Shown: piece after piece, positions 26,701-38,215 of the stretch | Layout: each line of letters opens with the position of its first letter | How positions within the stretch are numbered: position 1 is the stretch's first letter | NCBI RefSeq assembly: GCF_000315625.1 | Contig: NW_005434511.1 | Coordinates: 1-64,000 of the forward strand | Origin: Guillardia theta CCMP2712 | Lineage: Eukaryota; Protista; Cryptophyta | DNA: 64,000 nucleotides | Direction: 5' to 3' | Program-made: the position numbers and the translations under genes | The notes under the pieces: generated by a model | What the model was told of the DNA's origin: nothing | Database searches by the model: none | Seen by the model: the letters and a program-made list of their open reading frames with translations, nothing else

Positions 26701-29200
26701 AAGCTGTCACAGACATTAGGTGATTTGATTCCATTTCCTCCTCCCTCCTCCCTCCTCCCTCCTCTTCTTCCTCCCTCCCTCCTCCTCATCTCCTCCATCC
26801 TCCTCCTCGTCCTNNNNNNNNNNNNNNNNNNNNNNNNNNNNNNNNNNNNNNNNNNNNNNNNNNNNNNNNNNNNNNNNNNNNNNNNNNNNNNNNNNNNNNN
26901 NNNNNNNNNNNNNTCCTCCTCCTCCTCCTCCTCCTCCCACTCCTTCTCTTCCTCCCCTTCCTCACTCTCTTGCCAGGCATCTTGACTTTCGCGAGTTCAT
27001 TTGCTCGCTAGTTCGACTCGCCGCCTTCATCTTTGACGTCCCCACGTTGGCCGACGCGCTCAACCTTCTCGTGGTGCGGAAGCAGGAGGGGGAGGGAGGA
27101 GGGAGGAGGAAGAGGAGAGAGGGAGAAAGAGGAGGGAGGAAGGACTTGGAGAAGGGGCGAGGATGAGGGAGGAGGTGAAGGGACGAGGAAGCAGGAGGGG
27201 AGAGGAGGAGGGAGAAGGGAGGTAGAGGAAGGGGAGGAAGGAAGGAGGAGGAGGAGGAGGTGGAGGAAGAGGAGGAAGGGAGGAGGAGGAGCAGGAGGAG
27301 CAGGAGGAAGAAGAAGGTACATGTGCTAACGAGGAGGCAGGAGGAGATGGACGTGGGGATGGGGCTGGTTGAGATCAAGAAGAGGCTGTCGTACATCAAG
27401 AGGTGCAAGCTCGGGTTCGGAACCTGGAAAGACGAGACCAACGAGTACAAGCTGCCGAACAAGCCCAAGGGAAGGAGCATGCGCGCGAGGAGAGACAAGA
27501 GGAGGAGGTCGAGCATGTTCCATGTGAGCTTGTCCTCGTGGTAGCTGCACGCGCTGACGACGTTGAGGTAGTTGATGGACATAGGAGACGACAAGCTCGT
27601 TGACGCCTGCCTCCTCCTCCTCAAGTTGTCTGGTGAGCGGATCAAATCCTTCCTTGTTTCCTCCTCTCCCTCCCTCCCTCCTGCTTCTCCTGCTTCTCCT
27701 CTCTTCCCGCTTCCTCCTCCTCCGCCCTCCCCTTCCTGCTCTTCCTGCCCCTGTTCCCCTCGCTCCTCTTCGTTTTGTCTCTGCTGCTGCTGATCCTCCT
27801 CCTCCTCCTCCTCCCCTCCCCCCCCCTCCGTCTTTCTATCCTTCCATTCATCTCTTCCAGGTGACAAGACTTCCACCAACTGGGTGAAGTTCGAAGCTCA
27901 GGCCCTCGCGTGCTGTGTGCCGCTGACAGGTAGAGAGAGAGGAAGAGAGGGGAGAGGGTGCAGAGATGAAGGCAGGCAGGCAGGCAGGCAGGCAGAGCAA
28001 GGAGATAGGAAGAAAAGAAGGGAGGTTTCAGGGAGAGCAGGAGAGAAGTGGTAGAGAGAGGAGGGGAGGCAGGAATCAGGAGGGAGGAGGAGGCAGGAGG
28101 CAGGAGGAGGTGATGTCTTGCTATCAGGTGGTCAAGTTTCTGGTCCTTCAGTGTCGAGAGCCGATGGAGATCCTCCGCACAAGTTTATGATACAAGTGAG
28201 GGAAACATCTCCTCTCCCTCTCCCTCCTGCCCTCCCTCCCTCTCCTCCTCCACGTCTCCCTCCCCTTCTCTCTACCTCCTCTCCCTCTCTGTCCTCCTCT
28301 ACATATCCCTCCTCCTCCCCCTCTTTCTCTTCTCTTCTTTCCTTCCCTCTCTTCTCCTCTCTCGCTCATCGTGTCTGCAGGTTCGCAACAGCTCGCGCGT
28401 GTCTCCTCCTCCTCCTCTCAACATCATCTCCCAGGTTGTCGCACCAGCAGACGACAATCATTTCAAGCAGGCGAAGGACAACGTGGTTCCTCCTGGCGAC
28501 TCCATCTCGTACATGATCTATGCGCACGTCGAACAGGCAGGGATCTTCCAAGGAAGCATTCATATCAGGTGTGAGAGGAGAGGAGAGGAGAGGGAGAGGA
28601 GAGGGAGAGGAGAGGAGAGGAAAGCCAAAGGCAGGAGATCTCAATGCAGGGAGGACAAGGACGGACAGAAAGGAGAGAGGAAGAGAGGAAAAGATGACAG
28701 GAAATTGAGATGAGATGAGAGGAACGAGAGGGAGAGGACGAGGACGAGGACGAGGAAGAGAAAGTCACACGTGCGCAGCGAACAAGACGGGGACGTTTCG
28801 ATCTACACCATCCCTGTGTTGCTGCGAGTGAAGAAGTCACTCAGCCATCAGCTCAAGGAGATCAAGCTGAACAGACAAGTGCGACTGTTGTCGTTTCGAG
28901 ATGATCTGTAATGTTTGTTTGCAGATGAAGAAGAAAAGTATGTTGATCTCAACAGGGCAGGTCAAGGTGAAGTTCTTGTGATGCGAGTCATTCAATAACA
29001 GCAATCATCAGAAGCATACCAACACACACATGGATCAGGACATCGTACAGAACACGTCAGCTGTGGACAACAGGTATATACTGTTGTCGAGCATGTGATG
29101 GTACTAAAACATCGTCAAGAGGGAAAATTTCAACCTTTGGATCATCTCGGCTAGAGTTGACTGACTTGTAGAATATGATCGTTGACTAGCTGATGGTGGA
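23788..29200 (+). CDS. Many-exon protein of unknown function with a probable Ig-like (ASH/PapD-like) C-terminal domain; possibly flagellar
   Basis: Phase-consistent small exons run from MSPRSKGRPFSAAPG through HLDFREFICSLVRLAAFIF to VRNSSRV...VVPPGDSISYMIYAHVEQAGIFQGSIHI-SEQDGDVSIYTIPVLLRV. The middle exons and 3' end are approximate, and this could be two genes. Confidence 0.55.
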
Positions 29201-29586
29201 CTTTAACGGAAGTCCGTAAGGCAACATATCTCTTGCATATCTTTGCAAGCAAAGATAAGTCGCTACAGTGAATGAGTGGGACAGCAACTATTGATAAAGT
29301 AAAATATGAATCATGACATAAGAGTTGATTGAAATAAAACATCTTGACGGTATTGATAGCTAATCTTTCAACTTGTACCTGACTTTATTCATCTACCTGA
29401 CTTTCCTCGTTGCGATTCGTACATCTTGTCGTCACAACAGCTTCAGCATGTTATTCAACCCCATGCGAAGGCAGTGAGGGAGCGACAACATAATGCAGGG
29501 AAGCAGCAATCGCATCAACAAACAGCAAATCAAGACGATCGTAACATACAAAGAGCTTTCATTCAAAACTATACAGACTGCTTGCT

Positions 29587-30316
29587 TTACAAAGGAGGGA
29601 AAATCGATCGAACAAGGCACACCATGCTCAGCAACAGCACAACAGTCACTCGGACCCCCGTCTTGCTGCCTCTCGATGCTGAGAAGGTGAAACAATCTTT
29701 GTCTGAGCACTTGGGATAGATGTCAGTCCTGAGACTGTTCACAGCAGTCTCAAGATCGGTGCCGGTCAGAGTGCAAGAGGAGGCAACAAGGTCTTTCATG
29801 CTCGAGCAGCATGGCTTCTTGTACGACGACACGCTGCTCACGTTGATGCTCGGCTTCGAGCATTGCGACGAGGAGGTGCACCGCGTCATGGCCGACTCCA
29901 TCACTCCCCACAGCATGTTGCACATCCCTCCGCAGCTAGCGCTCTGCTTGACCTTGGAATGGCAGAATGCCCAATCGTAGAAGCTGCTGCATGGCCAGTA
30001 CTTGGTCGGGAAGTCATAGCCGATGGGCAGGAACGTCTGCAGCATCACTTGATACATCTGCTTCGCCATGTCATCTGCTGCTCCTTGGTCGTCTGCACAA
30101 GATGCCGCCATGAACGTGCGGCTGCCGCATAGACCTGATTGGAAATCGTCAATGAAAGGACGGTTGCCGAACAACGAGGCTGTCACCTTCAGGAGATGAT
30201 ACGGTCACAGACGAGTTGTAGCAGTCCAACCCATTGCACAATGGCAGGGAAAATAACAAGAAAACCACAAAGGCGGTGAAGAAGGAGCTCGCTTTCAGAC
30301 TGTTCCTCGCTATCAT
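29587..30316 (-). CDS. Secreted Cys-rich, probably GPI-anchored surface protein; intron 30135-30186
   Basis: It has a signal peptide (FFTAFVVFLLFSLPLCNG), a Cys-rich mature region, small residues (SASRGS) and a hydrophobic C-terminal tail. A 52-nt intron joins the two ORFs in phase. Confidence 0.8.
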
Positions 30317-30696
30317 CTCAATGCCGAGAAACAAAGCTGTATTTCCCGTACATACTCGATTCTCCCTTTCACAACAAGCTTCCCTTAATGACGGAATCAG
30401 CTTTGCTTTTTTCTGTGATATCCAAACCTCTCCTCTCCTCCCTGTCAATCCCTTCTCACTATCGCCAGCTCTGACTTCTTGGTCAGCAACTTCCCTTCAA
30501 GACACTGATGTCAGCGTTGACCTGTGTTGAGTCTTTCCTCCTCGAGCGTTCCTCTCCTCCTCTCCTCCTCTCTATCTCTCTGTCTTCTATCCTCTTCTCT
30601 TCTCTCTCGTCTCGATGACTGAACTCCTCCTCCTCCTCCTCCTCCTCCTCCTCCTCCTCCTCTCAGTTGCTGGTCGTGCGGCTCTGCATGGCTCCC

Positions 30697-31420
30697 TGGC
30701 CCCTACCCACAATATTACACCCTACCACCCCCTACCCTCTCGTCCATTGGACTACCCCTATCAATCTCTATTGGCACCCTACCTATGAGCTACCTGAAGA
30801 CCGATCATTTTATGTACCCCCAACTTAGGACAGTTCCTTGGACCCCTACCCTATCAAATGTGGTGATCACCCCTTCTTTCTAGTACAAACACCCCTAACT
30901 TGTGACGGATCATGTTACTACTACCCCTTCTCTATCATCCACCCCTGGTTCTCTGTTTGTTCTGGATCATTATTACTCAAGGCTCACTACGGAGGACCCC
31001 TACCTCGAAACCACCCCACCCCCTTTTCCCTTCCTGCGGTGTGGTGTAGTAGGAGAGCTCCGATCTAGGGGTTGGTCAATTTGAAGGTTTCAACGAGGGG
31101 GTGGGGGTGGTTCTGGGGGAAGGGGCGTAGGTTATACCCCCTCATAGACACGGGTGGTACTGGTGGTACGTGGTAGGACATGGGCTTTTGAGGCTAGATT
31201 TTGAGGGTGGGTTATCCACCCCACCCTACTGATTATGATGAATGACGGGTGGTTAAGATAGGTCTATGGGGGTCCATCAGTCGTAGTCCAATGGACCCTT
31301 AAGAAACATTCTTAAAAACTATGTACTACCCTACCCCACTTTTAAAGCTTCAAATAAGAGGAGAATAGGGGTAGTGGAGAGTCGTAGAGTTTAGCCAACA
31401 AATGGGGATACAGTTACAAA
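30697..31420. promoter_or_regulatory. C-rich then G-rich TACCCC/GGGGTA island with a 14-bp inverted repeat
   Basis: ACCCC words at about 30700-31030 are followed by GGGGT words at about 31065-31275. GTCCATTGGACTAC (30742-30755) is the exact reverse complement of 31283-31296. Confidence 0.45.
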
Positions 31421-31444
31421 TCCAACTATCCTTGTAACCGTCAA

Positions 31445-31686
31445 AAGTTTGAGTCACCCCGGCCGTCACGGCGTTGGTCCGGAGCCGCTGCGGCGGGCCG
31501 GGCCCGGAGGCGGCACGGCGCGGCGGCTGGCACGGTCAGTCGGATCTGCCGGCGAATCCGACAGTCAGTCACCCGGGACCGCCGGGCCCAGTACGCCGTG
31601 GCGGGCCCGTGACTCGGACATGACTTTTACTTAGTATTATTAGTTATGGTGACTGGAGTCTTACGTCGGATCTGCACTGAATGTGA
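31445..31686. promoter_or_regulatory. GC-palindrome / GTGACT island
   Basis: GAGTCACC, AGTCAGTCACC, GTGACTCGG and GTGACTGG surround CCGG/GGGCCC blocks. Confidence 0.35.
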
Positions 31687-34600
31687 CTATCGTAGCTCGT
31701 CCTCATCATGGTTGTAGTGACCGGCCCGCTCGAGGACTGAGCTCAGCTCCTCGTTGAGCGAGAAGGAGAGATCAGCTCCCTCCCCCTTCTTGTACTCCTC
31801 TATGATCCTCATGAGCAAGTTCTCCAGTGCCTGCCCCCCGTCGGTCTTGGAGGCGAAGCTGGAGATGATCGCAGCACCTCCTGTCATGATGGAGTTGATG
31901 ACGGTCTGCCAGTTGTCGGCGACCCCCTGGTTGAACGCGGACATGCCCAGGAAGAGGAAGAGGAAGATGAGGCAGAGGAGGACTGAAGACATAGTGACAT
32001 GGATGATGATGTCCTGCATGCTGATACCGTGCTTCGACAGCAGCGCAAGAATCTCATGCTCCTTCACGTCCGCAACCGTCCTCCTCGCCTTGTTGAACAG
32101 CTCCTCCAACTGTGCCTGGACGTCCTGTGCCTCCTTCAACCTCCCCCCCACCTGCTCCCCCAGCTCTTCCATAGCATCAGGAGCCTTCCTGGCAAGGTCT
32201 CTGACATCCCCGTCCAGCTGAACTCCAAGGTTCCTCGCCCCCTCCAGGATCTTGATCTGGTCAAGGGCCTGGACTTGCATCTGATGGTGAAAGTCGACGA
32301 TCAACTGCTCCAGCCTCCCCTTGGCTGAATCGAAGAAGCTCTTCATCCTCCTGAACATGGACAGAACATGGCCGAACAGCCCGACGATGGCGGTGGCGTA
32401 AGGAGCAACCCTGTTGGGGTTGAGGAACATGCCCAGGAGCACCCAGACTGAGACGAGCACGCAAAACAGGATAGAAACCATGTAGGAAACGGCCCACACA
32501 AACTTCATCAGCTGCTGCTCGTACATGCGGATCCTGTAGCTCTTGCTGCCCCTCCTGTAGTAGTCGTCCCAGTCGAAGGCAGCAACGCTATCGAGCTCGC
32601 TCTCTCCCTCCGGAAAGACCTGCTGCTTCCCGCCCTTGGTCGTGCTTTCGTGGGGGATCCCCCAGTCCCTCCAGCGGAAGTAGTACATGACCATCGAGGC
32701 GAGGTTGAGGAAGAGGAGGATGATGATGCTGGGGAGGAGAATGGCGTCCTGCGTGATGGCGGCGTCGGAGTCAACACCAAAGATGCTGGTTCCCTTGTCC
32801 TTGACGATCATGTAGAACATGTTGGCAAGGAAGAAGTAGAAGATAAGGCAGGGAGCTAGCACAAAGGTCAGGTGCGCCGCTACCGTCTGAACCTCTCCGA
32901 GCTGCGTGTGAATGGTCTCAAGGAAGATCTCCCTTCCTACCTCCCAGTATGCAGGAGCCTTGTCCGGGTACTTGGGAGGAGCGAGATGAAGCCTCATCCT
33001 CGCAGTGACTCGCTCTAGGATGAACCACAGCCATACATCGATCTGGAGCCTCTGCATCACAAACTGAACCTCTCGCACTGACCTCTGGAAGGCAAGAAAC
33101 TGCTGGCTCGTGGTTGTCTCGCCCGCGCTCTTCCTGTCTCCTCCTACTGCCTTCCTGGGAAGCACGTCGTGCCACTCGTAGAACTCGTTCCGGTCGCTCC
33201 TGTCAAGGTACACGATCCTGCAGTCGCACAGGTTTGACACCTGGTTCTTGTCAAACCCTTGGAGGGAGGGGGAGCCGTTGTCGTCCACCGCCAGGCTCGC
33301 TATGTCCGAGCACTTGGCGATCCAGCGATGGCTGGCGAAGTCGCTGACTCTGACGTTAGTCAGCTCAAACTTCATCTCAACTTTCTCCTTCCACGTCCTC
33401 GGGAGGATCCGGTACCAGAGGGGGGGCAGCCGTATGATCTTGTCCAGGGCGAAGAAGTCGAGGGAGAGCTCGGGGGCCAGCAGGGGTTCTCCCTCGGGGC
33501 CCAGAAGGGGTTCTGCATCCCCAGAGGGCTTCGGGTTGTTGAGGATGGCGAAGTTCTGAGACATCTTGATTACCCTTGTGATCATGTCAAAGGTTTTCTT
33601 GTTGCGCATCAGGTAGCCCGTGATGACTCTGATCCTGCTGCTGCGGATGAAGAGGAAGTACACGACCAGCACCACGTACACCCCCGCGATCGCTCCGATG
33701 ATGAGAGAGAGCGTGAAGATGGTGATCGCCCTGCCGTTGGCGAACCTCGACGACGTCGACGGGCCCGTGTGGGGGGCCTCAGTATAGCAGGAGACGTCAC
33801 CTGACGCCCAGCAGTAGGGTGAGCCCTCCGCGAACTTCACTGGGTTGCTCAGAAGCGCCTCCACAGCCTCGTTGGAGTAGCAGGTTGCCTGACCGTTCTC
33901 TACCAGGGAGAAGATATGGGCGCTTTTCTTGTAGCAGGAGAAAGTCAGGCAGGCGTTGGGGGTGCCGAAGCCCAGGCAGTTGCCGTTGGACGCAGGCGTA
34001 CGGGAGAAGGAGCCGACGTAGGCGGAGGACTTCCAGAAGAACACGTCGGCACAGTAGTCGCAGTCAGGCACTAGCGAGTCCTTTGGAGCATAGAAGACGT
34101 TCTTGCCTGCCACGACGTCCAGTGGCTGCATCCTCTCCCTGTAGCTCCCCAGGTTGCGCAGGGTCCACTGACCAGGAGCTCCGTCCTTGACCGCTGTTGA
34201 CATCATCTTCCTCAACGGCGGGGTCAGGTCAAGGTTCGCACGGGAGCCATGCGCTGGGCAGAAGGAGACAGTGGCAGGGTACTTGGTGAGCTGGGGTATG
34301 ACGGTAAAGGCGGAGAAGGGGCCAAAGGGCCAGATCTGTCCTTCGATGAACCACCAGATCCTCTGCAGCGACCAGACGACCTCGAGCCCTCCTTGCATGA
34401 TCCCGAGCCCTTGGAAGCTGATGATGGCATAGTTGTACACGTCGTTGACAATGGGAGAGTGGTCAACTCCGACGTAGGTCCCTTCCGAGAAGGCTCTACC
34501 TTGGAAGACAGCCGTATCCTGCTCCTGGTACTGAACCGCGTGCACTCCTACTGATCCGTAAGCACCGGAGACGTTCACGCTCCATGATGGCATCTCGCAG

Positions 34601-35637
34601 CTTGCAAGGTCGCACTTCATTGCAGCCCTGTAGGAAGTTACCGTGACATTGTCTGCCATGGTTGCGTTCACGACTGGGGTTGTATCAAACTTCCCCACGA
34701 GGCAGACAGCCTCGTTCACCGAGGAGATCCTCATCTTCGGGTGGGAGCTTGTCACAAGGTCGATGCTTCCTCCAAGGATCTCCAAGGTGGCACTCGCTGA
34801 TGTCGGCATCGTGATCCCGTCCAAAAACACATTGCTCTGGGATCCCTTCAACGTCATGGATCCTGTGACTCTTACATTCTTCCCCTGGAACCAGATGGCA
34901 CTCCCCGACCTGTCCAGCCCCTTCAGGTCCAGCCTCTTCAGCTCCACGTTCTCTGCCACCACAGCTACTTTCTCCGAGAACACCTCGACCTCCATGTCCT
35001 TGCTCGCAATAATCTGAACGTCGCACATGACCCTGTTCCACCATGTCTCTGGCAGCGAAGGCCAGAAGATCAGCGGCAAGAGCGTCACCTCTAGCGTGTC
35101 GCCGTTGACGACCTTGGCCCGGGTATCTGACAGACCGAAGGCACCATGGTTGATGCCGTAGCCGAGAATGCGGGGGTACCCACATTCCTGTCGATTGTTG
35201 CATGTGTTCATGATACGGATGGTACAAGTGTCGGTATCGATCGGCCATGGCGCGAAGTTCAAAGTCTCCAGCTTCTCGATGTGGATGCTGATCTTCTTCA
35301 CCCCGTCCTCCAAGGAGACGACAGCCCTGGAGGAGAGCTCTCGGGCACCGATGCACAGGAACAGGATGAAGAAAAAGAACATGGCGAACGCGATGGTAGA
35401 TCGGCAGTACGCTTGATACTTGTCGTAGAGAGGGATGCTCTGTATCGTCGGGAGAAACTTCTTCCTGTGAGCAGCTTCGATCATCTTCATCATTTCCTTC
35501 GATTCTAGCTTGCTCGGAGCAAGTTTGCGATCTGGAGTCTCAACAGACGGAGGTACCAAATTGTCGCTAACCTCTTGAAGGATCGATGTGTCTGCCTCAC
35601 TCTGCTCGCCACGTTCTGCCTGCAAATATTCTTCCAT
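31687..35637 (-). CDS. Intronless 1316-aa multi-pass membrane protein of unknown function
   Basis: Single ORF with an N-terminal TM (IAFAMFFFFILFLCIGA), a large beta-rich ectodomain with a Cys-rich segment, about 6-8 further hydrophobic helices and a cytosolic coiled coil. Confidence 0.85.
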   Translation of the reverse strand: MEEYLQAERGEQSEADTSILQEVSDNLVPPSVETPDRKLAPSKLESKEMMKMIEAAHRKKFLPTIQSIPLYDKYQAYCRSTIAFAMFFFFILFLCIGARELSSRAVVSLEDGVKKISIHIEKLETLNFAPWPIDTDTCTIRIMNTCNNRQECGYPRILGYGINHGAFGLSDTRAKVVNGDTLEVTLLPLIFWPSLPETWWNRVMCDVQIIASKDMEVEVFSEKVAVVAENVELKRLDLKGLDRSGSAIWFQGKNVRVTGSMTLKGSQSNVFLDGITMPTSASATLEILGGSIDLVTSSHPKMRISSVNEAVCLVGKFDTTPVVNATMADNVTVTSYRAAMKCDLASCEMPSWSVNVSGAYGSVGVHAVQYQEQDTAVFQGRAFSEGTYVGVDHSPIVNDVYNYAIISFQGLGIMQGGLEVVWSLQRIWWFIEGQIWPFGPFSAFTVIPQLTKYPATVSFCPAHGSRANLDLTPPLRKMMSTAVKDGAPGQWTLRNLGSYRERMQPLDVVAGKNVFYAPKDSLVPDCDYCADVFFWKSSAYVGSFSRTPASNGNCLGFGTPNACLTFSCYKKSAHIFSLVENGQATCYSNEAVEALLSNPVKFAEGSPYCWASGDVSCYTEAPHTGPSTSSRFANGRAITIFTLSLIIGAIAGVYVVLVVYFLFIRSSRIRVITGYLMRNKKTFDMITRVIKMSQNFAILNNPKPSGDAEPLLGPEGEPLLAPELSLDFFALDKIIRLPPLWYRILPRTWKEKVEMKFELTNVRVSDFASHRWIAKCSDIASLAVDDNGSPSLQGFDKNQVSNLCDCRIVYLDRSDRNEFYEWHDVLPRKAVGGDRKSAGETTTSQQFLAFQRSVREVQFVMQRLQIDVWLWFILERVTARMRLHLAPPKYPDKAPAYWEVGREIFLETIHTQLGEVQTVAAHLTFVLAPCLIFYFFLANMFYMIVKDKGTSIFGVDSDAAITQDAILLPSIIILLFLNLASMVMYYFRWRDWGIPHESTTKGGKQQVFPEGESELDSVAAFDWDDYYRRGSKSYRIRMYEQQLMKFVWAVSYMVSILFCVLVSVWVLLGMFLNPNRVAPYATAIVGLFGHVLSMFRRMKSFFDSAKGRLEQLIVDFHHQMQVQALDQIKILEGARNLGVQLDGDVRDLARKAPDAMEELGEQVGGRLKEAQDVQAQLEELFNKARRTVADVKEHEILALLSKHGISMQDIIIHVTMSSVLLCLIFLFLFLGMSAFNQGVADNWQTVINSIMTGGAAIISSFASKTDGGQALENLLMRIIEEYKKGEGADLSFSLNEELSSVLERAGHYNHDEDELR

Positions 35638-36504
35638 GGTGTTGATCTCAGCGTGTCGAGGAAGACCTGCGATGAAGAGACCAGAAGGAAACCAGGCCCT
35701 GGTTGGTCAACAATCAGGAGGGGCGCAAGGAGAGTGGAAGAGGGAGAGCATTCCAAGGGGTGGACTACCCACCCTAATTTCAGTACCCTACCCTACTTTT
35801 GAATATTTTTCAGGTTCATTTTACAGGGTGCGGGTAGGGGTATTGGTAGGTGGGGTGAGGGGTAGGGGGTCATCATTCTTGATGTGATGAGACTTATCAC
35901 AGGAGAAGTCAGCGATGGCGAAAGAGACATGTAGAGTACTAGTTGTTGCCGATGTAGATGTTCTGAGATGAGTCATTCATAGAGGACATGACGAAATGAG
36001 GAGATGGAGAGATGGAGAGATGAAGATAAGAAGATAAGAAGAAATGAAGATAAGAAGCTAAGAAGAGACGAAGACATAAAGATACGAAGTGATGAGAACA
36101 TAAAGATACGAAGTGAAGAGATGGGAGGATACGGAGACAATTCAATATGAATTATCGATGACAGCAACACGGTGCAGAAAAAAATGATCAGAAGCACGAT
36201 GAGCCACGCTGCAACGATCGAGTAGCTGCTTGGTTGCGTTGACAAGCCAAGAAATCAGTATACTGGTGCAGAGGAATGTTGTGTTTCATTGACATATGCT
36301 TAGCACGTTGAGTATGAGGGGAATGAGGACGAAGTCGAACATCCCAAGAGATTTATTTCTTTCACAACGTCTAGGTTTGATGTTTTGGTAATACAACAAA
36401 GAAGAATACACCCAGGAGAACGGACCTGTTTATCTTAAAGATTATGGCATCAAAGTACATTCGGCTCGGAATTCGCCTCTAGCGTTCCTCGCTGTGCAAG
36501 CAAG

Positions 36505-37514
36505 CTATTGCAGGGTCGAGTGGTTGACCTTGAGAACGTCGCTGAAGCTTGTCCAAGAATCAAGGTCTTCGCCACTTACATCTGCATCCCACTCGCTCTT
36601 GGGTTCGGACCCCGACAGGAAGCCGTCTACTTCGTCTGCGATCCCACAATCGCTCTCCACGCTGGACACTTCGTGAGGACCCATCAGCGACAACAACCCG
36701 TCTTCCTCCTCTAGGAAACCAATCGGATCTTTCTCAAAGTCACTATCTCCATCCAACCTCAAAATGAAATCTCACCTAGATCTTCCGTCAGGGCACTTGG
36801 CACGTTCTTGTCCGCCATTTGGCCCACTAATTGATTCGAACAAGGCTGGGAGGGCTTTCCTGGATGATAAGGCTTTGGAGCTCTGTGAGGTAGGAAATCG
36901 CTTCAGCAGGGCTACAGCTAGGAGAAAGCAAGACCTCTTGACGATGCCCTGTTCGGTCTTCACGACGCAAGGATCAATCTTCGAATCTTCCAACAAGCTG
37001 TTTCCAAAGGTAGTGACCGCAAATCCTTGGTTCTTGGTGGTCTGTTGCTCTTTGTAGGGCCACTTCATGACTCCGAGTTTCCTGTCAACGGTCAAGGTCA
37101 GTCCCAACCCGTTGAGAGAAAGGGGTTGCCCTCACCTGCAGACTTTCTTGAAGGCAGTTGCGCAGATGCCCTAGGAGAAGAGAGTTAGTCTTGCTCCATG
37201 CGACAACGAAGATAAAGTACCAGAGTCTTGCAGGCTTTATGTAGCGGCAGGTGAAATACTTGCTCCAAGACCTCCATTGTGACGACGACACCTTCCTTGT
37301 TGTGACCTTGCTTTCTTCCTTGTCCTCGCTTCCGTCGCGGGAAGATAACATTCTTGTTTTCCTCTCCTCGCGTAGCGGGCAATTCTTGCGCAAGAAATGA
37401 AGACCCGAATGCATCTCGATGGAAAGCTAGCAAACTATGAGAGGATGTTTGAGGGGACTCTTCGATTTTGATGTCGGTCTGCTTGGGGGTGCTATTACGG
37501 GCAGCAAGTGCCAT
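36505..37514 (-). CDS. RWP-RK domain transcription factor (gene C, KWPY variant)
   Basis: Introns 37171-37220 and 37082-37135 give IFPRRKRG...VTMEVLEQVFHLPLHKACKTL-GICATAFKKVCR-KLGVMKWPY. The acidic C-terminal exon ends at 36505. Confidence 0.85.
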
Positions 37515-37717
37515 CTGAGTGTGCGAGCTAGATTTCCTGAAGATATCAATCCCGAGGCGATCTTCTTCACGGAGAAACTAGTCAGGCAACATCAAATCGA
37601 TCACCAGGGTTCTGACCTTCCTTGATGTTTTCAATAAAATTACACTCTTCACGCTCCGGAGGAGTGTCACAATCTGTCCCTGAGTCTCCAGAGCTGTTCT
37701 GAGTTCTGTACAATCAA

Positions 37718-38215
37718 TCAGATTTCACATTCAAGTGAGGGGTCAAGCCACCTCCACGACACTGGCGAGACCGCTGGACTAGTTTCAATGGCTGCTAAGA
37801 GCGTTGGGGGTTCAATGCACGCATTCAGTTGCATCGAGTCTGACTCTTCTGATAATCGATTCATCTGGCATTGCTGCTCTCGATACGGCCATTTCATGAC
37901 ACCAAGTTTTCTGTAATCATCGGTGTCAAAACTTAAGCCAACTTTTGCATCATGTAAACCTGCAGACTTTCTTGAAGGCGGTTGCGCAAACTCCCTGTCA
38001 AACATGTCTTCTCAGTCTAATCAAGAAGTGAAAGCATGAATGGCTCATACCAGAGACTTGCATGCCTTGTGCAAGGGCATATGGTAGACTCTTTCAAGGA
38101 CTTCCATCGTCACGACGACGCCTTCTTTGCTGCTACCCTGCTTTCTGTTTTGGCCCCTTTTCCGTCGAGGAATGATGACATTTGCGCCATCCGGCACCAT
38201 TGATGATGCCTGCAT
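37718..38215 (-). CDS. RWP-RK domain transcription factor (gene D), tandem paralog of gene C
   Basis: Introns 37995-38050 and 37911-37959 give IIPRRKRG...VTMEVLERVYHMPLHKACKSL-GVCATAFKKVCR-KLGVMKWPYREQQ. It has the same 35-nt middle exon as gene C. Confidence 0.85.

Noticed and set aside
30135-30186. Apparent frameshift in the GPI-anchored gene
   Set aside because: It is explained by a 52-nt GT-AG intron.
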